Assembly (NCBI GenBank): GCA_030549845.1
Contig: JAUQQN010000001.1
Coordinates: 133,668-197,667 of the forward strand
Origin: Patescibacteria group bacterium
GTDB lineage: Bacteria > Patescibacteriota > Minisyncoccia > UBA6257 > HR35
DNA: 64,000 nucleotides
Reading direction: 5' to 3'
Made by a program: the position numbers and the translations under genes. The notes beneath the pieces were generated by a model that was not told the origin of the DNA, did not search any database, and was given only the letters and a program-made list of their open reading frames with translations. Below, in pieces: positions 48,620-59,127 of the stretch; position 1 is the first letter of the stretch; the number at the start of each line of letters is the position of its first letter.

Positions 48620-49236
48620 TATTTAAAATTATACTTCAGTTTTTTTAGGATTTCTTTTAAATAATTTTCTTGTTCTTTTTCATCAAGAAATTCTACTTGA
48701 TTTTTGATTTTTCTTTTTAAAATAATATCATAAATAAAAATTCCAGCAGAAACAGAAACATTTAAACTTTCTACCATTCCTAGCATAGGAATATAAACTT
48801 TGTAATCTGCATTTTTTATTGCATAATCAGAAAGTCCATTTACTTCATTTCCCAAAAATAAAGCAGTTTTTTCTGGCCAATTAAATTCAAAAATGTTTTC
48901 AGCTTTTTCATTAACCACTGTTGCCACTATTTTAAAATTTTCCTTTTTTAAACTTTCTATGCATTCAATTGTAGGATTTTCATAATTATCTTTTGAAAAA
49001 ATTTTATACAAAATCCATTTACTAGAACCTACAGAGGTTGAAGTTAGCTCATAAGGATCATAAAATTCTATTTTATTAAAAATGAAATACACAAAAGGAA
49101 CCCCTAATGCATCGCATGTTCTTAATATTGCCCCAGCGTTAAATTTGTCTTTAACATCTTCTAAAACAACAATTAAATTTTTAATTCTCTTTTTGGCAAG
49201 ATTTTTAATTTTTTCTAATTTATTTTCTGTGACCAT
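48619..49236 (-). CDS. SpoU/TrmH-family RNA 2'-O-methyltransferase
   Basis: SPOUT motifs (FNAGAILRTCDALGV, LGNEVNGLS, VESLNVSVSAGIFIY); 205 aa. Confidence 0.7.
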   Translation of the reverse strand: MVTENKLEKIKNLAKKRIKNLIVVLEDVKDKFNAGAILRTCDALGVPFVYFIFNKIEFYDPYELTSTSVGSSKWILYKIFSKDNYENPTIECIESLKKENFKIVATVVNEKAENIFEFNWPEKTALFLGNEVNGLSDYAIKNADYKVYIPMLGMVESLNVSVSAGIFIYDIILKRKIKNQVEFLDEKEQENYLKEILKKLKYNFK

Positions 49237-49275
49237 GTTTTTCTAATTAATAATATAATAAAATAATAAAGAAAA

Positions 49276-51006
49276 ATGAAAAATTTAGAAATTGCAAGAC
49301 TTTTGAGAATGATGGCATTATATTTAGAAATGAAAGGAATTCCTTTTAAGCCTCAGGCCTATGAGAGAGCGGCTTATTCTATTGAATCTCTAGACGAAAA
49401 TATTGAAGAATTTGTAAAAAAAGTCGGGAAAGAAGGATTAAAAAATCTTCCTGGTGTAGGCGAGTCTATTGCAGAGAAAATAATAGAGTTTTTAAAGACA
49501 GGACAGATTAAAGAATTAGAAGAATTAAAAAAAGAAGTGCCGGTTGATATAGAAACCCTTTCTTCTATTGAAGGAGTTGGTCCTAAAACTATATATAAGC
49601 TATATAAAGCCCTTGGGATTAGAACATTAGAAGATTTAGAAAAAGCTTGTAGAGAACATAAAATAAGAAGATTGCCTGGGTTTGGAGCTCAAAGTGAAGA
49701 AAAAATTCTAAAAGGTATAGAATTTTTTAAGCAAGGAAGCAAAAGATTTGTATTAGGATTTATAATACCGATTGTCGAAAGCTTGGTAAATTATTTAAAA
49801 GAGCATCCTGATATAAAAGAAGTAGTACCTGCTGGATCTTATAGAAGAAGAAAAGAAACGGTTGGAGATATTGATATTTTAGCTATCTCTAAAAACCCAG
49901 AAAAGGTTATGGATTATTTTGTAAGCTTTCCAGAAGTTGAGCACATTTATGCAAAAGGACCAACAAAAACAATGGTGAGATTAAAAATCGGTTTAGACGT
50001 TGATTTAAGGGTTGTGGAAAAAGAAAGTTTTGGCGCTGCTTTAGCTTATTTTACTGGTTCAAAAGATCACAATATACAAATGAGAGAGCTTGCTATTAAA
50101 AAAGGATGGAAATTAAATGAATACGGGTTATTTGATAAAAATGGCAAAAGAATAGCAGGTGAGACTGAAGAAGAAATATATGAAAAGTTAGGACTCCAGT
50201 GGATACCTCCTGAATTACGTGAAAACCAAGGAGAAATTCAGTTTGCCCTAGAAAAAAAATTACCAGAGTTAATAGAATATGGAAGCATAAAAGGAGATCT
50301 ACAGATCCAAACAAACTGGACAGATGGCAGCAATTCTATTGAGGAAATGGTTGAAGAAGCTATAAAACTAGGCTTAGAATACATTTGTATCACAGATCAT
50401 ACAAAATCTTTAGCTGTAACTGGTGGGCTAGACGAAGAAAAACTATTAAAACAAATGAATTTTATTGATGAATTGAACAAAAAATATAAAGGAAAAATAA
50501 CAATTTTGAAAGGAGCTGAAGTAAACATTCAAAAAGATGGCAGTTTAGACATTTCTGATGAAATATTAGCAAAATTAGATTTTGTAGGAGCAGCAATTCA
50601 TACCCATTTTAACCTACCTAAAAATGTACAAACAGAAAGGATAATAAAAGCCATGAAAAATCCGCATGTAGACTGTATTTTTCATCCAACAGGAAGAGTT
50701 ATTAATAAAAGGCCACCTTATGAAGTTGACATTGATAAAATAATTGACGAAGCTAAAAAAACTAATACCATCTTAGAAATAGATGCTTACCCAGATAGGC
50801 TTGATTTGAAAGATGAACACATAAAAAAATGTGTAGAAAAAGGCGTTAAAATGGTAATAGACTCTGATGCTCATTCTTATTTGCATTATCAATATTTAAA
50901 TTTAGGAGTTGCTCAAGCAAGAAGAGGTTGGGCTACACAAAGCGACATTCTAAATACACTTCCATTAAAAGACTTCATGAAAAATTTACCTAAACGAAGG
51001 ATGTGA
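49276..51006 (+). CDS. polX: DNA polymerase X family protein with C-terminal PHP (3'-5' exonuclease/phosphatase) domain
   Basis: Pol-beta-like N-terminus (HhH, GDIDIL nucleotidyltransferase motif), PHP His/Asp motifs in the C-terminal half; 576 aa. Confidence 0.85.
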   Translation: MKNLEIARLLRMMALYLEMKGIPFKPQAYERAAYSIESLDENIEEFVKKVGKEGLKNLPGVGESIAEKIIEFLKTGQIKELEELKKEVPVDIETLSSIEGVGPKTIYKLYKALGIRTLEDLEKACREHKIRRLPGFGAQSEEKILKGIEFFKQGSKRFVLGFIIPIVESLVNYLKEHPDIKEVVPAGSYRRRKETVGDIDILAISKNPEKVMDYFVSFPEVEHIYAKGPTKTMVRLKIGLDVDLRVVEKESFGAALAYFTGSKDHNIQMRELAIKKGWKLNEYGLFDKNGKRIAGETEEEIYEKLGLQWIPPELRENQGEIQFALEKKLPELIEYGSIKGDLQIQTNWTDGSNSIEEMVEEAIKLGLEYICITDHTKSLAVTGGLDEEKLLKQMNFIDELNKKYKGKITILKGAEVNIQKDGSLDISDEILAKLDFVGAAIHTHFNLPKNVQTERIIKAMKNPHVDCIFHPTGRVINKRPPYEVDIDKIIDEAKKTNTILEIDAYPDRLDLKDEHIKKCVEKGVKMVIDSDAHSYLHYQYLNLGVAQARRGWATQSDILNTLPLKDFMKNLPKRRM

Positions 51007-51051
51007 ATAAATCTATATTGATTTTATTTTTTAATTTATTAAAATAATTAG

Positions 51052-52206
51052 ATGAACGTATTAATGATTGGGTGGGAATTGCCACCATTCAACAGTGGTG
51101 GTTTGGGTGTTGCTTGTTTTTTTATGGCTTCTCATTTAAAAAACAAAATAAACATAATCTTTACTCTTCCTAAAAAATTACCAATTAAAAATGTCCCCTT
51201 TAAAGTGCTTTTTGCTGATGAAAAAATTGAAATATTAGAAGGTTATTTAAAATATAAAGGAATAGTTGTACAAGGATTTTTAGAAGAAGTTTTAACATAT
51301 GGAAAAAGGCTTTTACAAACTTTAGTCAAAAATAACATAAAGATCGATATAATCCATGCTCATGATTGGTTGGGTGGAGTAGCAGGAGTTTATTTAAAAG
51401 AAGCCCTTAAAAAACCATTAATAATTCACGTTCATGCAACCGAAATAGAAAGAACAGGAAATAGCCCCAATCCTTTAATCTACAATTTAGAAAAAGATTG
51501 TTTTGAAAAGGCAGATTTAATAATTACTGTAAGCTCTTTAACAAAAAAGATTGTAAGTGAATTTTATAACATAAACCCGGAAAAAATAATTCCTGTACCA
51601 AATGGAATTGATTTCGAAATATACCCCAATAAAGAACCCAAGTTTATTATAGAACTGAAAAAGCAAGGTTATAAAATAGTTACATTTGTAGGAAGATTAG
51701 TTTTACAAAAAGGCCCTGATTATTTTCTTAAAACTTTAAAATATGTACAAAAATTTGTTCCAAAAATCAAATATGTATTTGTAGGAAGTGGCGATATGTT
51801 AAGTTCATTAATAAAAATTGCTTATGAAGATAATGTATTAGATAAAGTTATATTTGCTGGTTTTTTAAGAGACGCAGAGCTTTGGGGAGTTTATAAATAT
51901 TCTGATCTATTAGTTTCTCCTTCTGTGTTTGATCCATTTGGACTTGTTCCATTAGAGGCCGTAAAGTTTAAATTACCAGTAATAATCTCAAAAACAACTG
52001 GATGCGGAGAATACCTTTATCATTGTTTAAAGGTTGATTTTTGGGATATAAAATTGATGGCAAATTACATTGTAGGGGTTTTAAAATATCAACCATTGCG
52101 AAATGAATTGGTAAAAAACTCTTTTGGTGAATTGCCAAAGTTTGATTGGGAAGATAGAGCTAACCAGATTGTAAATATATATTCTAATCTCCTAAACAAA
52201 GTATAA
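51052..52206 (+). CDS. glycosyltransferase family 4/5 (glycogen-synthase-like, GT-B fold)
   Basis: N-terminal GGLGV motif, HAHDW, C-terminal GT-B E-x7-E region; 384 aa. Confidence 0.6.
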   Translation: MNVLMIGWELPPFNSGGLGVACFFMASHLKNKINIIFTLPKKLPIKNVPFKVLFADEKIEILEGYLKYKGIVVQGFLEEVLTYGKRLLQTLVKNNIKIDIIHAHDWLGGVAGVYLKEALKKPLIIHVHATEIERTGNSPNPLIYNLEKDCFEKADLIITVSSLTKKIVSEFYNINPEKIIPVPNGIDFEIYPNKEPKFIIELKKQGYKIVTFVGRLVLQKGPDYFLKTLKYVQKFVPKIKYVFVGSGDMLSSLIKIAYEDNVLDKVIFAGFLRDAELWGVYKYSDLLVSPSVFDPFGLVPLEAVKFKLPVIISKTTGCGEYLYHCLKVDFWDIKLMANYIVGVLKYQPLRNELVKNSFGELPKFDWEDRANQIVNIYSNLLNKV

Positions 52207-52208
52207 AA

Positions 52209-53381
52209 ATGCCTTCTATTTGTTTTTATTTTAAAATTCATCAACCATTTAGGTTAAAAAATTACAGTGTATTTGATATTGGTGAGGACTTTAATTATTT
52301 TGATGATGAAAGAAATAAGATGTATTTAGACAGAATTGCCCAAAAATGTTATATTCCTACATTAAACTTAATATATGAACTAATAAAAGAAACAAACTTT
52401 AGATTTAAAGCTTCTTTTGGTCTAACTGGTACATTAATAGAACAATTTAAGCTTTGGCATCCAGAAGTTTTGGATTTATTTAAGAAAGTAGCAAGTACAG
52501 GGTGTATAGAGTTTACTGGCGAAACTTATTATCATTCCCTTTCTTCATTATTTTCCATAAAGGAATTTATAGAACAAATTGAATTACATAAAAAAATAAT
52601 AGAAAAAGAGTTCATGCAAATTCCTAAGGTTTTTTCTAACACAGAGCTAATATACTTTGACGAGTTAGAAAATATACTACCTGACTTGGGCTTTAATGCA
52701 ATCATAACTGAGGGAGTTGATTGGATTTTGGGTTGGCGTTCTCCAAATTTTATATATGAATCACCACAAGGCAAATTGAAAATATTTTTAAGGAATTATA
52801 AGCTTTCTGATGACATAAGTTTTAGGTTTTCTTCTAGAGATTGGGATGGTTGGCCATTAACAGCTGATAAATTTGCAAGCTGGGTTGCGCAATTTAGAGG
52901 TAATGGTGAAGTTATTAATTTATTTATGGATTTTGAGACATTTGGAGAGCACCAATGGGCTGAGACTGGTATCTTTGAATTTCTTGCTAATTTACCATTT
53001 GAAATTTTGAAATATAAAGATTTAGAATTTTCCACCCTATCAGAAGCACTAAAAAAATATCCTGTAAGGGGCACTTATTCGTCCTATTATCCAATTACAT
53101 GGGCTGATACTGAAAGAGATTTAACAGCTTGGTTAGGAAATGAAATGCAAAAGGATTCCGCTTATAGATTATATCAACTTGAAAATAGAATAAAATCAAA
53201 GGATGAAAATTTTTTAGATACATGGAGAAAACTTCAAACTGCGGATCATTTTTATTATATGTGCACGAAATGGTTTGCTGATGGAGATGTTCATAAATAT
53301 TTCAATCCTTATGAAAATCCTTATGTTGCTTATTTGAATTTCAGAAATGTTTTAGAAGATTTAAATTTAAGATTAAAATAA
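52209..53381 (+). CDS. glycoside hydrolase family 57-like alpha-glucan-active enzyme
   Basis: N-terminal FYFKIHQPFRL (the GH57 HQP..R signature); 390 aa. Confidence 0.5.
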   Translation: MPSICFYFKIHQPFRLKNYSVFDIGEDFNYFDDERNKMYLDRIAQKCYIPTLNLIYELIKETNFRFKASFGLTGTLIEQFKLWHPEVLDLFKKVASTGCIEFTGETYYHSLSSLFSIKEFIEQIELHKKIIEKEFMQIPKVFSNTELIYFDELENILPDLGFNAIITEGVDWILGWRSPNFIYESPQGKLKIFLRNYKLSDDISFRFSSRDWDGWPLTADKFASWVAQFRGNGEVINLFMDFETFGEHQWAETGIFEFLANLPFEILKYKDLEFSTLSEALKKYPVRGTYSSYYPITWADTERDLTAWLGNEMQKDSAYRLYQLENRIKSKDENFLDTWRKLQTADHFYYMCTKWFADGDVHKYFNPYENPYVAYLNFRNVLEDLNLRLK

Positions 53382-53384
53382 TTT

Positions 53385-54635
53385 ATGAAAATAGAAGAGT
53401 TAAAAAACAGAATAGAATTTGAAATACAAAAACCTATTTCTGAAATTTCTATTATAAATTTAGTTCAAGATTTGATAAGTTATTGTTACAAAGCAAGAGC
53501 TTCAGATATACACATAGAACCCCAGGAAAATCAATTATTAATAAAAGCAAGAATTGATGGTATTATCCATGAACTTTTTACCTTTCCTAAAGAAATTCAA
53601 GATGAAATAATCTCACGAATAAAAATATTATCAGGCCTTAGAACAGATGAACACTACACACCACAAGATGGACGTTTTAAGTTTTTTGACTCCTATTCAA
53701 ACTCAGAATTTGATATACGGGTTTCTATTATGCCTACATATTTTGGAGAGAATGCTGTTTTAAGATTATTAGTATCAAAAGAGACATCTTTTACCTTAGA
53801 AACTCTTGGCTTTTCTGAAAGGGATTTAAAAGAAGTTAAAAAAGCTATTAAAAAACCTTATGGTATGATACTTGTAACGGGACCTACTGGCTCTGGTAAA
53901 ACTACTACTTTATATACGATATTAAAAACTTTAAATACAGGAGCTGTTTCTATAATTACATTAGAAGATCCAATTGAATATTCCATACCAGGTATCACAC
54001 AAATACAAGTTAATCCTCAAGTAGGTTTAGTTTTTAGTACTGGTTTAAGAGCTATTTTAAGACAAGATCCTGATATTATCATGGTTGGTGAAATAAGAGA
54101 TGAAGAAACAGCAGATATTGCTGTCAATGCTGCCTTAACTGGACATTTACTTTTGTCAACTTTACATACAAATGACGCAGCAACTGCTTTACCAAGACTC
54201 TTAGAAATGGGAGTGGAACCTTTTTTAATTGCTTCTACGGTAAATATAGTTATAGGACAAAGATTAGTACGAAAAATTTGTGAAAACTGTAAACAAGAAA
54301 GAAAATTCACAACAACAGAAATATTATCATTTTTAGAAACTATTGGATTAGATCTTACGTTAGAAAATATTAAAGAAATTAAAAAACAAAAGTTTTATAT
54401 AGGAAAAGGATGTGAATTATGTAATAATACTGGATATTATGGAAGATTAGGGATATTCGAGGTATTGCCTATCACTGATAAAATAAGAACAGCTATCATG
54501 AAAAGGTCAGATAGCAATGAAATAAAGTCTATTGCTGTTTCTGAGGGTATGAAAACAATGATTCAAGACGGTTTTGATAAAGTAGTAAAAGGTCTTACAA
54601 CTATAGAAGAAATTCTAAGAGTTATTCATGAATAA
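53385..54635 (+). CDS. pilB: type IV pilus assembly ATPase PilB/GspE family (with tetracysteine Zn finger)
   Basis: Walker A GPTGSGKTTTLYT, Asp box, His box, CENC...CELC zinc finger typical of PilB/GspE rather than PilT; 416 aa. Confidence 0.8.
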   Translation: MKIEELKNRIEFEIQKPISEISIINLVQDLISYCYKARASDIHIEPQENQLLIKARIDGIIHELFTFPKEIQDEIISRIKILSGLRTDEHYTPQDGRFKFFDSYSNSEFDIRVSIMPTYFGENAVLRLLVSKETSFTLETLGFSERDLKEVKKAIKKPYGMILVTGPTGSGKTTTLYTILKTLNTGAVSIITLEDPIEYSIPGITQIQVNPQVGLVFSTGLRAILRQDPDIIMVGEIRDEETADIAVNAALTGHLLLSTLHTNDAATALPRLLEMGVEPFLIASTVNIVIGQRLVRKICENCKQERKFTTTEILSFLETIGLDLTLENIKEIKKQKFYIGKGCELCNNTGYYGRLGIFEVLPITDKIRTAIMKRSDSNEIKSIAVSEGMKTMIQDGFDKVVKGLTTIEEILRVIHE

Positions 54636-55692
54636 AAAACCTTTTTTTCTAAGAATTTCTTTAAATGAGAAAATACTATTTGTTAGAAATTTATCGATGC
54701 TGTTAAAAAGCGGTATTAGCATTGTTGAAGCCTTAGAGATTTTAAAAAATAACACAAAATCTAAAACTTTAATTTATATTCTAAACGAAACTATTTCAGA
54801 TGTTCAAAGAGGGCAATTTTTATCAAATAGTTTAAATAAATTTAAAAATGTATTTGGTGAGTTTTTTGTAAATATAATTAGGGTAGGAGAGCTTACGGGG
54901 AAGCTCCCCGAAAATCTAGACAAATTAGCTGATGAGTTAGCACAAATAGGAGCTTTGAAAAGAAAAATTATTACTACCATGATTTACCCAACTTTCATAA
55001 TAACAACAATGGTAGTTTTAGTAATTTTCGTTTTGTATTTTGTTTTTCCTAAAATATTACCTATCTTCGAAAATCTAGGAGTAGAATTGCCTCTTACTAC
55101 TAAAATTTTTATAAAGGTTTCTTATTTTTTAATAAACAATACAACTGAGCTGATAATTTTTTTAATTATATTTATTTTATCATTTTTTATTGCCTTAAGA
55201 TTTCCTAAGTCAAAATTTTATATTGATTTATTTTTATTAAATCTACCATTGCTTTCGGATGTAATTAAAAAATATATTCTTGCTGAATTTTCTAGGATAT
55301 TAAGCTTATTATTAGGAAGTGGGCTTAAAATAGTAGAAAGCATAGAAATTGCTGGAAATGCTTTAACTAATAATGTATATAAAAAAATTTTAATAGATGT
55401 TTCATCAAATGTTTTATCGGGCTATCCTTTAAATGAGTCTTTAGAAAAATTTCCAAAATTATTTCCTTATAATTTTGTAAAGATGATTGAAATTGGCGAA
55501 AGAACAGGAAATCTAGAAAAAAATTTAAGATACTTATCCCAAAACTTTGAGGAGGATGTAGACACATTTTTAGAAAGATTTATAAATATATTAGAGCCTT
55601 TAATATTAGTAATTATCGCAGCAACAATTGGTTTTATGGCAATTTCTATTATACTACCAATATATGAATTATCAGAAAAAATCCAACCTTAG
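54628..55692 (+). CDS. pilC: type IV pilus platform protein PilC/GspF family
   Basis: T2SSF-domain polytopic membrane protein; translationally coupled to pilB (8-nt overlap); 354 aa. Confidence 0.75.
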   Translation: MNKKPFFLRISLNEKILFVRNLSMLLKSGISIVEALEILKNNTKSKTLIYILNETISDVQRGQFLSNSLNKFKNVFGEFFVNIIRVGELTGKLPENLDKLADELAQIGALKRKIITTMIYPTFIITTMVVLVIFVLYFVFPKILPIFENLGVELPLTTKIFIKVSYFLINNTTELIIFLIIFILSFFIALRFPKSKFYIDLFLLNLPLLSDVIKKYILAEFSRILSLLLGSGLKIVESIEIAGNALTNNVYKKILIDVSSNVLSGYPLNESLEKFPKLFPYNFVKMIEIGERTGNLEKNLRYLSQNFEEDVDTFLERFINILEPLILVIIAATIGFMAISIILPIYELSEKIQP

Positions 55693-57424
55693 TTTTACGT
55701 TTTTAGAAATTTTAATAACCATTGTTTTTATAGTGCTTTTAGGGTATTTTATATACGGAGCTTTTATAAATTTTTTAAAAATGACAACATCTTTAAGGCT
55801 TACACTTCAGGCTTTAAATATTTTAGAAAGTGAATTAGAAATAATAAGAAATATGAAGTATGAAGACATTGGTATAAAAGATGGCTATCCAAGAGGTAAA
55901 CTTGAAAGAAAAAAATATATAAGTTTAGGCAACTTAAACTTTGTGGTTTCTTATTATATAAGAAATATAGATGATCCTTTTGATGGCACGGTTACTTCAA
56001 CTCCTCAAGATTTAGCTCCTGCTGATTATAAGCTGGTTGAACTAGAAATAGAATGCCTCAATTGTGGGGTCAAATTTAAACCTCAAAAATTAACAACCTT
56101 AGTAGCGCCTAAAAATTTGGAAGTGACTACAAACAATGGATCTTTATTTATTAAAGCGATAAACTCAAAAGGTGAACCTATACCACAGGCTAAGGTTATT
56201 GTATTAAATAAGCAAATAAATCCACCTATTTTAATTGAAGATTATACAAATAATGATGGCATTTTACCATTAATAGATATACCTACAGGAACTAATGCTT
56301 ATGAAATTACAATTAATAAAGATGGATATTCAACAGAAAAAACTTATACTCCAGGTGATCCAGAAAACCCCAACCCTCTCAACCCTCATGCAACCGTAAA
56401 AGAGCAAACTTTAACCGTAGTTACATTAGCTATAGATAAGTTAAGTAATTTGAGAATAAATACAAAAGATAAATTCTGCAGACCCATAGGAAATATTAAT
56501 TTAAGAGTCAGTGGAACAAAATTAATTGGTAAAAATCCTGATGTTATAAAATTTTCAACCACTACTTCTACAAATATTGATGGCACAAAATTTTTACAAA
56601 ATATAGAATGGGATGAATATAATTTTTCTATCTTAAGCAATGGATACATATTAAGAGGCAGCAACCCTATTTGGCCCCTAGTTGTTCTTCCAAGTACTAC
56701 TAAAGATGTTGATTTAATTTTAATACCAAAAGAAACCACCTCTTCTAATTTATTAATAGAAGTGATTGATTCAAATAGATTACCTATTAAATTTGCATCA
56801 GTTACCTTATCTAGTGGTAACTATAGTTCAACATTAATTACAAATACAGAAGAGTATTATGAAAATAACTGGTTAGAAAATTATTCTCAAAAATCAGAAA
56901 ATATAGAAATTGATAGTAATGGTTATATAAAATTAAAATATTTGACAGATGGTTATCCAACTAATACACAAGAGTGGTTAATATCTAATACTATTGATTT
57001 TGGATCAAGAACTGATTTATTAAAAATAAACTGGGATGGAGATGAAGCTTCACAAACAGACATAAAATTACAAATTGCAGTAAATAATGATAACTCTACT
57101 TGGAATTTTATAGGACCAGATGGCACCTCAAATTCATATTTTGAAGAAAAAGAAATTTCCAGTCTTTCTTTATTTACAAATTTTAGGTATTTAAGATATA
57201 AAGTTTATTTACAAACTTTTGATCCTCAACAAACGCCTATTTTTAAATACATCAATTTCCAGTTTTCTTCGGATTGTTTACCGCCTGGTCAGGTTTTATT
57301 TAAAAATTTAAATATAGCTACATATCAATTAAAAGTAGAAAAGGAAGGCTATCAAACATTTTTATCAAATATAGATTTATTAGAAAGTTTTAAACAAATT
57401 ATTGTAAACCTCAGCCCGCAATGA
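55664..57424 (+). CDS. large prepilin-like protein (class III signal-like N-terminus SNLS|FTFLEIL; ~587 aa)
   Basis: ATG at 55664 (the ORF track starts at TTG 55628); FTFLEILITIVFIV matches the prepilin N-terminal methylation/helix motif; overlaps the pilC 3' end by 29 nt. Confidence 0.5.
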   Translation: MNYQKKSNLSFTFLEILITIVFIVLLGYFIYGAFINFLKMTTSLRLTLQALNILESELEIIRNMKYEDIGIKDGYPRGKLERKKYISLGNLNFVVSYYIRNIDDPFDGTVTSTPQDLAPADYKLVELEIECLNCGVKFKPQKLTTLVAPKNLEVTTNNGSLFIKAINSKGEPIPQAKVIVLNKQINPPILIEDYTNNDGILPLIDIPTGTNAYEITINKDGYSTEKTYTPGDPENPNPLNPHATVKEQTLTVVTLAIDKLSNLRINTKDKFCRPIGNINLRVSGTKLIGKNPDVIKFSTTTSTNIDGTKFLQNIEWDEYNFSILSNGYILRGSNPIWPLVVLPSTTKDVDLILIPKETTSSNLLIEVIDSNRLPIKFASVTLSSGNYSSTLITNTEEYYENNWLENYSQKSENIEIDSNGYIKLKYLTDGYPTNTQEWLISNTIDFGSRTDLLKINWDGDEASQTDIKLQIAVNNDNSTWNFIGPDGTSNSYFEEKEISSLSLFTNFRYLRYKVYLQTFDPQQTPIFKYINFQFSSDCLPPGQVLFKNLNIATYQLKVEKEGYQTFLSNIDLLESFKQIIVNLSPQ

Positions 57425-59127
57425 AGTTAAAAAAGTTTTTTTTAATTTTTTTTATTTTAATACTTCCGATTTTTTGCAAAGCTGAAAAAGTTTTTGAGTA
57501 TTTTTCTCATTCTCCGCGAACTACTAATAAGCTAGATTTAAATTTAGTAGAAGAAATTAAGCAAGAAATAAAAATATTTGATGATAATCTAAGTAAAATT
57601 TATCTTTGGATAGATAACCCGGGTACAGCTAATGAAGTGAATATTCAACTTTTTGAAGAAGACCATTTATTATTCAGTAAGACCATCAATATTCCCCAGG
57701 TAAAAGGAGGTTATTTTGGTTATAAGTTTGGAATAGATTTAGGAAAGAATTTAAAAATAGAAAGCGGAAAAAATTATCATTTATCAATAAAAAATTTAAC
57801 CAAAGATGAAATGTATATCTACTATACAAGCAAGATAGAGATTTTACAAGGAGAAGAAAAAGAAGGCATTTTACCAATCTCCTTAGGTAAATTTTTGATA
57901 AATGGAAAAGAGTATGCTTATTCTTTGAAAATAGCGCTTGCTGAATCTTTGGAACAAGATGTGCCTAAATTATTTAATCCACAAATAGAAATTGAAAGTC
58001 CTTATAAAGTTTATCTTTTATTCAATTCAAACGAACCGATAAAATATAAAGTTATCTATTGGGATGTGAATAGAAATGAAACTTATTTAATCCCTTCAAA
58101 TCCTTATTTAGAAAATTGTTTTATAGAAACGAAAAAATGTAAAATAAGTATTTATACGAATCATAACACTTATTATAAATTCCAAATTTCTATAATAGAT
58201 TATTGGGGCAATTTCAAAACTTATGAAGGGGAATTTGTAACCCCCTTAGATCCTACTATTTCTACTTCAACAATTTCTACTTCAACAATAAAAATTAATG
58301 ATACATTACCCCCTCAAATTTCTAATTTTCAAATAAAAGAAATAACTTCCAATAATATAATAGTCTCTTTTGAAACAAATGAATTTGCACTTAGTTCTCT
58401 TAAAATTTTTTATAAAGATACAGGTGTTATAGTGATGGAAATAAGAAATAGTATGTTTAATTTATATCATGAAATAAGCGCATTGAATTTACTTTTCCCT
58501 AACTTAGAATACGAAGGAGTAGTTTATGTAGAAGACATATTTAAAAATAAAAATGAATATAAATTTAGCTTCAAAACTAAAGAAGGTAAAACTTCTCAAT
58601 CTTTAGATAAATTTTTATCTCAACCTAAAATTTTAGAAATTAATGTAATAAATGAAGGAATTGAATCTAGCTTAAAAACCCCAGATATTGAAATTAATTA
58701 CGACCAAAATTTAAATAAAATGAATATCAAAACAGATTCCAATAATTTAAAAATTAATTTCATTAAAAGACCAGAGGTTTCTATTTTTAGTTATTCTATC
58801 AAAGAAGGAAGTTATGATTTGGATTTAAATATTTTCTCTCCTGGGGTTTATAATTACCTAGCTTATCAAGAGCTCCGGCCTAACATAAAACAAATTCTAA
58901 AATCTGGTGAAATTGAAATAAAAAGCAAAGAAATTAAGGAAATTTCTTCGGAAAAAATAGAAACAAAAAATAATACAGAAATTAAAATAAAAGAGGGTTC
59001 TCCAAAAATAATTCAACCTTTGCCTGCTTCAGAATCTGTTTCATCTCATAAAAAAATTATTTCAATTATCGGAATAATTGTGATTTTAAGTTTGTTATTA
59101 ATCTTATTTTTGATAAAAAGAAAATGA
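57421..59127 (+). CDS. cell-surface protein with signal peptide and C-terminal TM anchor, ISTST tandem repeat
   Basis: MKLKKFFLIFFILILPIFCKA signal; C-terminal IISIIGIIVILSLLLILFLIKRK; 15-nt tandem DNA repeat near 58258..58290. Confidence 0.4.
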   Translation: MKLKKFFLIFFILILPIFCKAEKVFEYFSHSPRTTNKLDLNLVEEIKQEIKIFDDNLSKIYLWIDNPGTANEVNIQLFEEDHLLFSKTINIPQVKGGYFGYKFGIDLGKNLKIESGKNYHLSIKNLTKDEMYIYYTSKIEILQGEEKEGILPISLGKFLINGKEYAYSLKIALAESLEQDVPKLFNPQIEIESPYKVYLLFNSNEPIKYKVIYWDVNRNETYLIPSNPYLENCFIETKKCKISIYTNHNTYYKFQISIIDYWGNFKTYEGEFVTPLDPTISTSTISTSTIKINDTLPPQISNFQIKEITSNNIIVSFETNEFALSSLKIFYKDTGVIVMEIRNSMFNLYHEISALNLLFPNLEYEGVVYVEDIFKNKNEYKFSFKTKEGKTSQSLDKFLSQPKILEINVINEGIESSLKTPDIEINYDQNLNKMNIKTDSNNLKINFIKRPEVSIFSYSIKEGSYDLDLNIFSPGVYNYLAYQELRPNIKQILKSGEIEIKSKEIKEISSEKIETKNNTEIKIKEGSPKIIQPLPASESVSSHKKIISIIGIIVILSLLLILFLIKRK

